The notes beneath the pieces were generated by a model that was given only the letters and a program-made list of their open reading frames with translations, made no database searches and was not told the DNA's origin. Shown here piece by piece: positions 34,201 through 42,529 of a stretch of 53,074 nt of DNA. How positions within the stretch are numbered: the first letter of the stretch is position 1; each line of letters opens with the position of its first letter. This stretch comes from Rhodothermales bacterium. Its GTDB lineage: Bacteria; Bacteroidota; Rhodothermia; Rhodothermales; JABDKH01. The DNA lies in the NCBI GenBank assembly GCA_041589075.1, contig JBFHWK010000002.1, positions 1 to 53,074 on the forward strand, read 5' to 3'. The position numbers and the translations under genes are program-made.

Positions 34201-34712
34201 AGCAGATACAGCAAATGCTGAACGACATGCAGGGTCAGCGGTTGACCTCAGACATGCAGGCTCGCATGCGCCAGCTTGCTCAGCAGCAGGAGCAGTTAAA
34301 GCAGCAACTGAAGGAACTCTCACGCAACCGCGAGCTTCGCGGCAAAGCACTTGGCGACCTTGACAAAATAGCCGAGCAGATGGAAGAGAGCGTCCGCCAA
34401 CTGCAGCAGACCCGCGTCGATCGTCAGTTAATCGAGCGGCAGCAACAGATCCTCACCAGGCTGCTGGAAGCTTCAAAATCGATTAATCAGCGTGGCAGGG
34501 AGCGGCGGCGCGAGAGCCGCACGGGGGATGACCAGGTACGCGAATCGCCCGATCCGTTGACGCCGGACGAGCGCGCTACCCAGCTTCGCCGAGACCTGAT
34601 TCGCGCCTTGGAAAGTGGCTACGCTCCTGATTATGAAGAACTTATACGGCGTTATTTCGAACTTCTTCAAGAAAGCGCATCACCGTCGATTCCCGAAGGC
34701 GCTGGACGGTAA
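31215..34712 (+). CDS. large membrane-anchored coiled-coil protein (DUF4175-like)
   Basis: 1165-aa ORF from a TTG start; the exact start is uncertain. N-terminal TM segments are GLFLTAGGAAGLWAILAAV, VCVSVAGLLLLGVVAVTVVIPLL and LGPLLMLVLFALIL. A beta-rich middle region is followed by ~580 aa of E/Q/R/L-rich heptad-like sequence and a conserved-looking end, GYAPDYEELIRRYFELLQ. The family name is from memory. Confidence 0.7.
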   Translation: MRFRYTRPKTPATLSDETLQIIRTVRDRLRSTGRKILLARLLRGLFLTAGGAAGLWAILAAVEAVFWMAPTIRTVCVSVAGLLLLGVVAVTVVIPLLGLVGVAGLPDPERVAHSIERALPATRDRLVNFIHLSSGKHSDSPPELIEAALETLYANFRTAPFESVEDYRIVRRSLKVSLGPLLMLVLFALILPSSFRDASNRLLHPQTAFTAPTPFSLIVEPGDVAIVRGDSVRIVVDVRGTAAGRPELQLNAPGIQPTARLVGPVDKNGTYHHTRTNVRGDFQYRAALQEVTSPWYSVTVLDRPIVRDLQVSVVTPRYSRLGTFDLEPDAGDVTALVGSDVRLDVGLGGADVTEAFVVFDKAEKKRLSIEGGRARGSFRLTREDTYRIALTSSSGVENDSPIRYRLHPVADQDPTIEVTQPSLVEKLIEPFEPTISFRITDDFGFSRAVLFYRLAESRFGAVTESFSELDITIAEPRRLDQLVDQVWNILGTVGQPVPGDVIEYYLRAWDNDSYAGYKPASSRVHRFIMPSLAELYEQMDQSSDDAADNLEELIRKAKDASDRFRELRDEVRRKAEPDWDDQRSLDELRQVQEEMEDGLGEVARELDELSQQMRENSLVSDETLEMMEELQKTVEEIRSPELMEALQKLREAMQNLDPQLMQQSLQNFEFDEEQFRQRLERALELFKRLQIQQGLEEAARRAQELEELQENLQQDTRELSEQQEQSKEGRETRESDAANESERLAKEQDRSASEMESLQERLRELQQQMEEIPRTSPKQLEELRSRLEQQDLPEQMRQNAQELRNQQMDPAMQGQQQMQQQLGQLRESLEQIQSAMRGRQLQLNIAGLRQVLNDVLILSQDQEGMRHEVSETETDSPSLRPLARRQIELGEGLRVVSDTLLKLSREIPEMSREVQVQTGAALREMQQATEALAGRSARRAAGHQKASMMHLNELALLLSDLLSRMMSQQMGMGMPSMQQLLDQLQQMGGQQEQLNQQIQQMLNDMQGQRLTSDMQARMRQLAQQQEQLKQQLKELSRNRELRGKALGDLDKIAEQMEESVRQLQQTRVDRQLIERQQQILTRLLEASKSINQRGRERRRESRTGDDQVRESPDPLTPDERATQLRRDLIRALESGYAPDYEELIRRYFELLQESASPSIPEGAGR

Positions 34713-34983
34713 CACCGCCGATGCGGCCGTGACAGTGAGCCACGACCGACCACTCGGGGTCCTGCCGGTCTTTTCAAGGGGCGCCAGAATTCGTATCTTT
34801 TCATCACTGACGGTGTGCCTGATGGAAACATGTGAGTAGGTGCCGAACGGAGCGGTGGCGACTATTTATTCATTGCTCTTCACCTCGCCGGCCCGTTTAT
34901 CTCGCCGCACACAACTCGGGTGACGTCCCGTACGTCCACAGGACATCGAGACCGTACTTCACTCAAAAAGGCAAGCAACAGGT

Positions 34984-35760
34984 ATGGCAGACGCGATGAG
35001 GGTTCTTTTTATCTCGGGAGAGGTAGCTCCTTTCACGGAAGAAAACGACGTTTCGTGGTTGGTACGACATCTGCCGGAGCAGGTCCACGAAACGGGTGAA
35101 TACGAGACCCGCATCATGATGCCTCGCTACGGCATCATTTCGGAGCGAAGAAATCGCCTCCATGAGGTGATACGCCTCTCCGGCACCGAAGTCGACATGG
35201 CCGGCGAGCGGCACACGCTCAAAGTCAAGGTGGCCTCGATACCCGGCATCCGGCTCCAGGTGTACTTTATGGACAACGCCCACTTCTTCAAACGCAAGGG
35301 CATTGTCGCGGACCGTGACGGCAAGATGTTTACCGACAATGCCGCTCGTGCCCTGTTCCTGGGGCGTGCTGGATTGGAGACGATCCGCAACCTGGGCTGG
35401 GCGCCTGACATCGTCCACGCGTTCGGATGGGCCAGCGGCTTCGTGCCGCTGTTGCTGGCCACCGAATTCCGCGGCGACAAGCTCTTCGAAAACACGAAGT
35501 GCGTCTTTACGCCCGACGACGTCGATCCCGAGGCATCGTTCGACGAGCACATGGCATCCGAATACGGCCTGGAGGCCGACGAGGATCTTGTCGGATCCGG
35601 CCTTTGTGAGCTCGGAATAGCCTATGCCGACGGCCTCGTGTATCCGCCGAACGTCGACCCGCCGTCGGCTGATATCCCTCAGTTTACGCGTGACCTGGAG
35701 CACGTCCGCTCCCTCGGTATGGAGATCTATGAGGCGGTCGGCAGCGGCGTCGCCGTCTGA
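34984..35760 (+). CDS. half-size glycogen/starch-synthase-like protein (GT5 N-terminal domain only)
   Basis: 258 aa. MRVLFISGEVAPF...IMMPRYG...VYFMDNAHFFKRKG...DNAARALFLGRAGLETIRNLGWAPDIVHAFGWASGFVPLLL aligns with the N-terminal half of GlgA. The canonical KTGGL box is replaced by TEENDV, and the C-terminal Rossmann domain is absent. The 34963-35766 minus-strand ORF is its antisense shadow. Confidence 0.8.
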   Translation: MADAMRVLFISGEVAPFTEENDVSWLVRHLPEQVHETGEYETRIMMPRYGIISERRNRLHEVIRLSGTEVDMAGERHTLKVKVASIPGIRLQVYFMDNAHFFKRKGIVADRDGKMFTDNAARALFLGRAGLETIRNLGWAPDIVHAFGWASGFVPLLLATEFRGDKLFENTKCVFTPDDVDPEASFDEHMASEYGLEADEDLVGSGLCELGIAYADGLVYPPNVDPPSADIPQFTRDLEHVRSLGMEIYEAVGSGVAV

Positions 35761-35916
35761 CCGCACAAAGGGCTCAACCTAGCACACTACACTACCCCAA
35801 CGGCGCCCGAGCCGTTGGGGTTTTTCAGTGAAGTCGAAACCCGGCGGATACGAAACGGCTACCACCACACGTTACCCCTTCCTGCCGAGCGATTCCTCGC
35901 GCCCGCAACCCCATCG

Positions 35917-37059
35917 ATGAAGTCCTTCCGTCTCCTTTACCTGTTCGTCGTCGCTGCACTGTTAACCAGCTGCGATGATCCGTCAAATCTTGGCGTCGAC
36001 CTTGTCGACACCACCACGGGCACGCCGGAGATCGTGCGCATTTCGGCAAGCGGCGTAGCGACCGGTGAGGTACGCGACGTAACCGGAAATGCCCGACGCT
36101 CACTGGTAGGTCGCGTCACAGATCCGCTCGCCGGAACGCTGGTCGTATCCGCTGGTCTCGATTTCGCCAGCCCCGTCACCCTATCCGACAATTTCGAAGC
36201 GGGCCCGGTGACGGAGGCAGAACTGCGCCTCGTGCGATCCTACCAATACGGCGACACGACATCTGCGCTGGCGATCAATGTCCGGTCTATCAATCTCGAA
36301 TGGACCGCATCCGGATCCGACTCGAAATCAGATATTCCCTTTGGTGAGGTGGTTACTACGGTTGGTGCGATCGCGCAAGATTCACTCGTAGTTGTGCCTC
36401 TTCCGTCGTCGTGGATCGAAGCAAACGACGTCCTCATTCGATCCACTGACTTCGTCACCGACTTCCACGGCTTTCACCTTGAAGCTGCCGAGGGCAACGC
36501 TGTCATCGGCTTTAGTTCGCAGAGCAGCGTCATGCGCGTCGTGTCCGGTGCGGACACGGTAGACTTTGTGGTCACCCGAAATCTCACGCGCGTCGAGCGT
36601 ACGTCCACGGGCGTACTGCCGCCGGGCACTTCACTCATGCAGGACGGAGTCGGTGAGGGCCTCGAGGTCGCTTTCGACTACGAGGGAAACAAGGCCATCG
36701 GCGCGGTGCTCAGCCGCGCCGTACTGCGCGTCGCCATCGATTCCGTTAGTGCCCCTGCGCCGCCCAATTTCGCACGGCCCTTACCCTCTCAAGTCGCCCT
36801 AGCCGGCATAACCGCCGACTCTCTTGTTCTTTCTCTGGCGGTTAGCAGACGCGAAGGCGAGTACCTGATCTTTGACTCCACGGTACTCCGCGGTGCGCTG
36901 CAGGACTTGCTTTTTGGTCGTTCCATCTTCGAGCGGTACGTGATCACCGGTCACACTGATATCGCGCCGTTCGATAACACGATCGACGTGGTGCTGATTA
37001 AGAACGGCTCGTCGGGAACGACTACGCCCGAGATGACCCTCACAATCATTAAACCGTGA
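35917..37059 (+). CDS. DUF4270-like lipoprotein
   Basis: The ATG at 35917 gives MKSFRLLYLFVVAALLTSCDDPSNLGVDLVD (lipobox LTSC). The 380-aa protein is beta-rich. Its position directly after the short GlgA-like gene matches the arrangement I recall for DUF4270 in Bacteroidota. The family call is tentative. Confidence 0.55.
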   Translation: MKSFRLLYLFVVAALLTSCDDPSNLGVDLVDTTTGTPEIVRISASGVATGEVRDVTGNARRSLVGRVTDPLAGTLVVSAGLDFASPVTLSDNFEAGPVTEAELRLVRSYQYGDTTSALAINVRSINLEWTASGSDSKSDIPFGEVVTTVGAIAQDSLVVVPLPSSWIEANDVLIRSTDFVTDFHGFHLEAAEGNAVIGFSSQSSVMRVVSGADTVDFVVTRNLTRVERTSTGVLPPGTSLMQDGVGEGLEVAFDYEGNKAIGAVLSRAVLRVAIDSVSAPAPPNFARPLPSQVALAGITADSLVLSLAVSRREGEYLIFDSTVLRGALQDLLFGRSIFERYVITGHTDIAPFDNTIDVVLIKNGSSGTTTPEMTLTIIKP

Positions 37060-38399
37060 AAGCGCTCGTGGTGACTCGTGTGAAACGTCGTCAGTTTGCA
37101 TCGTGCCTGCGAATGTGCCTTGGCGTGACCGTGTTGCTTCTCGCCACGATCGGGGAGGCGTCGGCACAGCGTGGCAGCCGCGGGTCGTTGTATTCGCGTC
37201 TTGGTTTGGGAGAGCTTAGGACATTCGGGTCGTCGCAAGCACAGGCGATGGGAAGTGAAGGATTTGGATTCACCTCGACCGCGCGTGCGTCGACCGCCAA
37301 TCCGGCTGGACTCGGTGATCAGGTTCTCACCTGGGCTGCGGCAGGTTTTCGATATGAAACCGTGTCCGCCACGGACGCATTCGACAACTCGAGCAAGGTC
37401 GGCTTCGGCACTCTGGACCACGTGATGTTCAGCTTCCCGATTCTGACGCGACGCCTGGGGCTCGGCGCCTCGTTCGCGCCGTTCTCGAGAGTCGGATATA
37501 CGGTCCGCGTCGAAGGCGAGTTGGACGGTATCGAGGGCGTACAGGATACAACGAGGTATGACATCGACTACAGCGGTACTGGCGGACTGCAGAAAGTAGA
37601 TGTCGGCCTCGGCTACAATATCAGCCGTCACTTGGCCATTGGTGCAAACGTAAACTTCGTCTTCGGGCTCATCGACGAGTCCCAGGAGACAGCCTTTGAC
37701 GACCCGGACTTTGTCGCAACGCGCCTTTCAAACACAACACGCGTGTCGGGCATTACGGGTACCTTCGGCCTGCAGATCCGAAACTCAGGCACACTTCGCG
37801 AAGGAGATGATCTGGCTTTCGGTGTCACGTATTCGCTTCCGACGGTACTTGACGGACGCCGCGTACTTACGGCCGGGCGATCTCTGGATCGGGATACACT
37901 CGGCACGCCGCAGGACGTGCGCATGGAATTGCCCTGGAGACTGGGTGCCGGCATTGCCTACGCACCCAGCAGGAAGCTGACGTTGTTGTTTGAGGGACGT
38001 TTCGAGCCTTGGACCCGCTTCGAGAGTGACGTTCCCCTCCCCGGCCTTGAAGGGACAGCGGAGCGTCTTGAAGACCGTCTTCGCCTCTCGGCCGGCGTTG
38101 AAATACTCCCGGCAGGGACCGATCTTTTCGCCTCTTACCTTAGCCAGGTCGCCTACCGTGTGGGATTCTTTGTGGACAAATCATACGTTCAACCCTTACC
38201 CGGTGAGATATTAAGGACGTATGGTGCGGCAGCCGGCCTTAGCCTGCCAACGAGGATCCCTGGCACGAGGATTGATATAAACCTAGAAGTAGGCCGCAGA
38301 GGACGGGCGGAGCAGGGGCTGATCAGAGAGACATACTACAGGATCGGCGTCAACGTGAACATTGGGGAGCGCTGGTTCTTCACGCGACCTTTAGGTTGA
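37056..38399 (+). CDS. outer-membrane beta-barrel protein (FadL/PorV-like, tentative)
   Basis: A GTG start overlaps the upstream stop (GTGA at 37056-37059); an alternative ATG lies at 37113. The signal is GVTVLLLATIGEASAQ. Then come YSRLGLGELRTFGSSQAQAMGSEGFGF...ANPAGLG and many alternating-residue strands (LGASFAPFSRVGYTVRV, LAIGANVNFVFG, LGAGIAYAP, YYRIGVNVNIG). Confidence 0.55.
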   Translation: MKALVVTRVKRRQFASCLRMCLGVTVLLLATIGEASAQRGSRGSLYSRLGLGELRTFGSSQAQAMGSEGFGFTSTARASTANPAGLGDQVLTWAAAGFRYETVSATDAFDNSSKVGFGTLDHVMFSFPILTRRLGLGASFAPFSRVGYTVRVEGELDGIEGVQDTTRYDIDYSGTGGLQKVDVGLGYNISRHLAIGANVNFVFGLIDESQETAFDDPDFVATRLSNTTRVSGITGTFGLQIRNSGTLREGDDLAFGVTYSLPTVLDGRRVLTAGRSLDRDTLGTPQDVRMELPWRLGAGIAYAPSRKLTLLFEGRFEPWTRFESDVPLPGLEGTAERLEDRLRLSAGVEILPAGTDLFASYLSQVAYRVGFFVDKSYVQPLPGEILRTYGAAAGLSLPTRIPGTRIDINLEVGRRGRAEQGLIRETYYRIGVNVNIGERWFFTRPLG

Positions 38400-38438
38400 T
38401 TCACCGGCTTGCCCGTGGTCAGAAAAACGACTTTCGTG

Positions 38439-39755
38439 ATGAAAATGAAGATGCTACTCCCGATACGAGCTATCGCTTGCGCGCTGGCGGCCATGGCGCT
38501 CCTGCCGCTTGTCGCATTCGGGCAGGCTGCTAACGCGCCGGATCAACAGGAAAAGGCGACGTATTACAGCCTCTATTACGAGGACTTCAAGAACGAGAAC
38601 TACGCGAGCTCACTTGAGAATCTGCGCTGGATACTTCGTAACGCTCCGGCCTTCCCACGCAACAACGACCGCAATTTCGAGCGCGCGGTGAAGGTCTATC
38701 GTGAGCTGGCCGTGGCCACCACGGATGCCGACCAGCGAAAGACGTACTTTGACTCCGCATTGGTCATTTTTGACACCGCCGTGTCCACATTAAAGGACGC
38801 CGGTGCGGAGGTCAGCGAGTTCGATTGGGTATTCGGTAAGGGCAAGTTCATTCAAGAGAACGCCGAGTATTTGCCGGAACTGCAGCCACAGACCGGCGAG
38901 CTGTACCGCCAGGCGTTCGATATGGAACCGGACAAGCTCCAAGCTTACTATGTCCAGTACATCGTTGCCGACTATGCGCAGAAGGGAGACAAGCAGGCAG
39001 CCATTGATTTCCTGGAAGTCGTCGAGCAGACGCATCCCGACGACGAGGAATACATCTCGATTGTAACTAGCTGGCGCAACTCGCTCTTCAAAGACCCGGA
39101 AGAACGATACGAGTTCGTTTCGGATCAGTTGAGCAAGAACCCAAACGACTCGGAACTCATCGTGGAGAAGTTCGAGCTTGCCATGGAGCTGGGATTCCGC
39201 GACGATGTATATGAGCTCGCGGACCGTGTTCTGCAGCTTGAGCCGACGGCAAAGACATTCCGGTTGATTGGCAAGATGAAACTGGAGGACGGCCAGGCCG
39301 AAGAAGCAACGGGACTTTTGGAGAAGGCTCTCACGATGCCAGGCGGCCAAGAGAATGCGCGTGAGATCTATTACAACATGGGCATTGCGCAGCAGCAATT
39401 GGGCCGGTTGTCACGGGCACGCACGCACTTCCGAAAGGCCCTCGAAGTCGACCCGAACTTTGGCGCAGCCTACATGGCCATCGGCGATCTTTATGTAACG
39501 GCGATCGCAAACTGCGGAAGCTTCGAACGTGAAGACCGCGCCGTGTACTGGCTCGTCACGGATTACTACGACCGCGCACGATCCGTCGACCCGTCGGTTG
39601 CCAACGCGGCACAGCGAAAGAGTCGACAGTACCGAGCCTACTTCCCGAATCAGGAAGCGCTGTTTTTCAAGGGTTGGCAGGCCGGGCAGCAATACACGGT
39701 TAATTATGGGTGCTACGGCTGGATCGGCGAAGCCACGACTGTCAAAGCTCCTTAG
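38439..39755 (+). CDS. secreted TPR-like repeat protein
   Basis: The ATG at 38439 gives MKMKMLLPIRAIACALAAMALLPLVAFGQ. Helical repeats are present, including canonical TPRs (YYNMGIAQQQLGRLSRARTHFRKALEVDPNFGAAYMAIGDLY). The track start is TTG 38409. Confidence 0.75.
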   Translation: MKMKMLLPIRAIACALAAMALLPLVAFGQAANAPDQQEKATYYSLYYEDFKNENYASSLENLRWILRNAPAFPRNNDRNFERAVKVYRELAVATTDADQRKTYFDSALVIFDTAVSTLKDAGAEVSEFDWVFGKGKFIQENAEYLPELQPQTGELYRQAFDMEPDKLQAYYVQYIVADYAQKGDKQAAIDFLEVVEQTHPDDEEYISIVTSWRNSLFKDPEERYEFVSDQLSKNPNDSELIVEKFELAMELGFRDDVYELADRVLQLEPTAKTFRLIGKMKLEDGQAEEATGLLEKALTMPGGQENAREIYYNMGIAQQQLGRLSRARTHFRKALEVDPNFGAAYMAIGDLYVTAIANCGSFEREDRAVYWLVTDYYDRARSVDPSVANAAQRKSRQYRAYFPNQEALFFKGWQAGQQYTVNYGCYGWIGEATTVKAP

Positions 39756-41177
<1,422 letters not shown>

Positions 41178-41189
41178 GTGGGTGGTCCG

Positions 41190-41498
41190 ATGGAGATCGG
41201 AGTCATATCGAGGCTTCGCGAACCGCGCGTGCGAAACCGGGTAATCCTGGCAGTTCTATCGGTGCTACTCGTATGGCTCATGTTCTTCGACAGCCACAGT
41301 ATCTGGCAACGAGTTAAGTGGCACCGAGAGCTCGCACAGCTGGAGTCCGAGAACGAGGTCCTGCAAGCCGAGATCGATCAGTTACAGAGGGAACTCGACC
41401 GCGGCCTTACTGATGAACGTGTGGAAAAGATCGCACGCGAGCAGTATCACATGAAGAAGCCCGGCGAGACTGTTCACCAAGTGGAAGACCGTAGATAA
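41190..41498 (+). CDS. ftsB: septum formation initiator (FtsB/DivIC family)
   Basis: About 102 aa with a single TM (VILAVLSVLLVWLMFF), a coiled coil (LAQLESENEVLQAEIDQLQREL) and the conserved tail ERVEKIAREQYHMKKPGE. It sits immediately downstream of eno, a common arrangement. An alternative GTG start lies at 41178. Confidence 0.8.
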   Translation: MEIGVISRLREPRVRNRVILAVLSVLLVWLMFFDSHSIWQRVKWHRELAQLESENEVLQAEIDQLQRELDRGLTDERVEKIAREQYHMKKPGETVHQVEDRR

Positions 41499-41512
41499 CC
41501 CGGTTACTTCGC

Positions 41513-42529
41513 ATGTCTGTCTATGCGGTCGGTATTGATCTCGGCGGCACGTCGATAAAAGGCGGGTTGGTCGAGCGCTCAAAGGGCCTGGTCCACCACG
41601 ACTCCATCGACACGGAGTGTGAGCAGGGCCCGGAGCACGTGCTCGACCGCATTGCCGCGCTGGTTGAATCTCTCCGGTCGCAGGCACCGGGCGAAAAGAT
41701 AGAAGGCATCGGGATCGGTGCGCCCGGTGCGATCGACTGGACACGGACGACCGTCCGCAAACCTCCCAATTTCCCGGGCTGGATTGAGGTGGACGTTAGG
41801 GAATCGATTCAGACACGGCTCGGGGAACAGCTTCCTGTACTGGTCGAAAACGATGCGAACGCGGCGGGACTGGGGTCGGCCTTTTACGGTTCCGGCCGCC
41901 CGTATGACGACTTCATCATGATCACGCTCGGGACGGGGGTCGGCGGTGCGATCATCTATCGCGACAGGGTGTTTCGCGGATCGACCGGCGGTGCCGGTGA
42001 AATCGGTCACATGACAATCGATTACGAGGGTCCTTTCGACCGCGCTGGCGTCGCGGGCGCGATCGAAGCGTACCTCGGGCAGAGGTTTCTGTCTCGACAC
42101 GCTCGCTACCGCTTGATGAATCGGACCGACAGCGTCGTCCACCAGATGGCCGAAGAGGATCTTATGGGCATAACCCCATTGATGCTCTACGAAGCCGCGT
42201 GTCAGGGCGACGACGGGGCTATCGACGTGCTCGCGTGGGCTGGACACAAGCTCGGATGTGTACTCGGTTCATGCGTAAATCTTCTCGATATCCGGACGAT
42301 AGTTGTAGGTGGAGGTCTTTCCGCCGCCGGCGACTACATCCTTGGGGCCGCACGAAAGACCATCAACGACTTTGTGACGCCGGCCTTGTGCGAAAACCTT
42401 CTGATCATACAAGAAACCCTCGGGAACGAGGTCGGTATGCTCGGAGCCGCCCGTCTGATCTTCGAGTATCTTGATGAGTTGCCGACGGATAGCATGGATC
42501 GCGCAACCGCCCGACAGCAATCCACGTGA
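41513..42529 (+). CDS. ROK family sugar kinase (glucokinase-like)
   Basis: 338 aa with VGIDLGGTSIKGGLV, ENDANAAGLGSAFYG, ITLGTGVGGAII and GGAGEIGHMTI. The ROK Cys/His zinc motif is only partly recognisable. Confidence 0.85.
   Translation: MSVYAVGIDLGGTSIKGGLVERSKGLVHHDSIDTECEQGPEHVLDRIAALVESLRSQAPGEKIEGIGIGAPGAIDWTRTTVRKPPNFPGWIEVDVRESIQTRLGEQLPVLVENDANAAGLGSAFYGSGRPYDDFIMITLGTGVGGAIIYRDRVFRGSTGGAGEIGHMTIDYEGPFDRAGVAGAIEAYLGQRFLSRHARYRLMNRTDSVVHQMAEEDLMGITPLMLYEAACQGDDGAIDVLAWAGHKLGCVLGSCVNLLDIRTIVVGGGLSAAGDYILGAARKTINDFVTPALCENLLIIQETLGNEVGMLGAARLIFEYLDELPTDSMDRATARQQST

Noticed and set aside
33600-34330. CAG/CAA-rich DNA that could be mistaken for a microsatellite or repeat element
   Set aside because: It is in-frame coding for the Gln-rich coiled-coil islands of the DUF4175-like protein. 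The units are imperfect and not tandemly identical.
34963-35766. 267-aa minus-strand ORF
   Set aside because: It is an almost exact antisense shadow of the GlgA-like gene. The plus-strand product has recognisable GT5 motifs and this one has none.
36951-37631. 226-aa minus-strand ORF spanning the DUF4270-like/outer-membrane barrel junction
   Set aside because: It overlaps two well-supported plus-strand genes and has a shadow-ORF composition.
38790-39398. 202-aa minus-strand ORF
   Set aside because: It is antisense to the TPR protein gene and has no signal or motifs.
41579-42247. 222-aa minus-strand ORF
   Set aside because: It is antisense to the ROK kinase, whose DLGGT and ENDANAA motifs are on the plus strand.
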